DNA from: Eledone cirrhosa
Taxonomy: Eukaryota
Reading direction: 5' to 3'
Assembly: GCA_964016885.1 (NCBI GenBank)
Contig: OZ024743.1
Span: 50,406,001-50,470,000 of the forward strand
DNA: 64,000 nt
The notes beneath the pieces are model-generated. The model saw only the letters and a list, made by a program, of their open reading frames with translations. It was not told the DNA's origin and made no database searches. Shown here one piece after another: positions 63,901 to 64,000 of this stretch (position 1 is the first letter of the stretch; each line of letters opens with the position of its first letter). Position numbers and translations under genes: made by a program.

Positions 63901-64000
63901 TTGAACCATGGAACTATTGAACCATTGAACCATTGAAGGATTGAAGTATTGAACCATTGAACCATTGAACTATTGAACCATTGAACTATTGAACCTTTGA
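48971..64000 (+). repeat. Higher-order super-unit, compact copy collinear with positions 1 to ~20,300
   Basis: Shared rare markers at offset 49,258: GAGGTA at 1885/51143, GAATTATTGACCTATTGAATTA at 2285/51543 and the 1-bp deletion CATGAACC at 2993/52251. The offset then falls stepwise to 49,146, 46,938, 43,755, 43,699, 43,683 and 43,659 (19983/63642). Confidence 0.87.

Larger units (their letters stand above)
1..64000 (+). repeat. Octamer satellite array (ATTGAACY)n, ~8,000 head-to-tail monomers, extending past both window edges
   Basis: Every line consists of ATTGAACC/ATTGAACT monomers plus minor variants (ATTGAAGT, ATTGAACG, ATTGAACA, ATTGAAAT, ATTGAAAC, ATTGAAAG, TTTGAACC, ACTGAACT, ATTAAACC, ATCTAACC). 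No non-repeat sequence and no inverted block was seen. Confidence 0.99.

Noticed and set aside
936-63965. Dozens of minus-strand ORFs encoding MVQWFNSS/MVQWFNGS-type repeats (62-143 aa)
   Set aside because: An 8-bp repeat translates to an 8-residue cycle over 24 nt. ATG comes from every CAT and TAG from every CTA, so ORFs persist only where the C/T pattern keeps TAG out of frame. The plus strand has TGA in every frame about every 24 nt. There is no unique coding sequence, and identical ORFs simply mark duplications.
1-64000. CRISPR array or repeat-spacer system
   Set aside because: There are no unique spacers, no 23-50 bp repeat separated by variable sequence, and no leader or cas genes.
1-64000. 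Telomerase-synthesised telomeric repeat (TTCAATGG/TTCAATAG)
   Set aside because: It lacks the G-tracts of canonical telomere repeats, and multi-kb variant patterns are inherited by duplication, which indicates recombination-based amplification rather than de novo templated addition. A subtelomeric location cannot be excluded.
1-64000. Heat-shock elements from the recurring nGAAn
   Set aside because: HSF needs alternating inverted pentamers (nGAAnnTTCn) or a 10-bp repeat spacing. Here GAA is in direct orientation at an 8-bp period.
1-64000. C/T monomer order as a binary code or synthetic data storage
   Set aside because: The pattern is highly redundant and is explained by nested duplication plus point mutation. 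There are no adapters, indices or framing.
1-64000. Rolling-circle or sequencing concatemer artefact
   Set aside because: Rare variants and indels recur in consistent multi-kb order with copy-specific differences at several nested scales, which random error or single-template concatemerisation would not produce.

Overview
The whole 64 kb window is one uninterrupted, single-orientation tandem array of about 8,000 copies of an 8-bp monomer, consensus ATTGAACY (ATTGAACC and ATTGAACT dominant; minus strand RGTTCAAT). I see no genes, RNA genes, mobile elements, CRISPR arrays or unique sequence, and all listed ORFs are translation artefacts of the repeat. Rare monomer variants act as landmarks that reveal a nested hierarchy: 16/24-bp C/T patterns, a 176-bp duplication, a ~0.8-0.85 kb module, tandem duplications of ~1.7, 2.2, 3.6, 3.8 and 14.8 kb, and a ~25-31 kb super-unit that restarts at ~30.5 kb and ~49 kb. 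The 8-bp register shifts only six times, from three distinct 1-bp indels. Three sites carry a short patch copied from 190-370 bp downstream, which suggests template switching or gene conversion. This looks like eukaryotic satellite DNA (heterochromatic or possibly centromeric). I do not recognise the family or organism, and function cannot be determined from sequence alone. All positions were read by eye and duplication boundaries are approximate.
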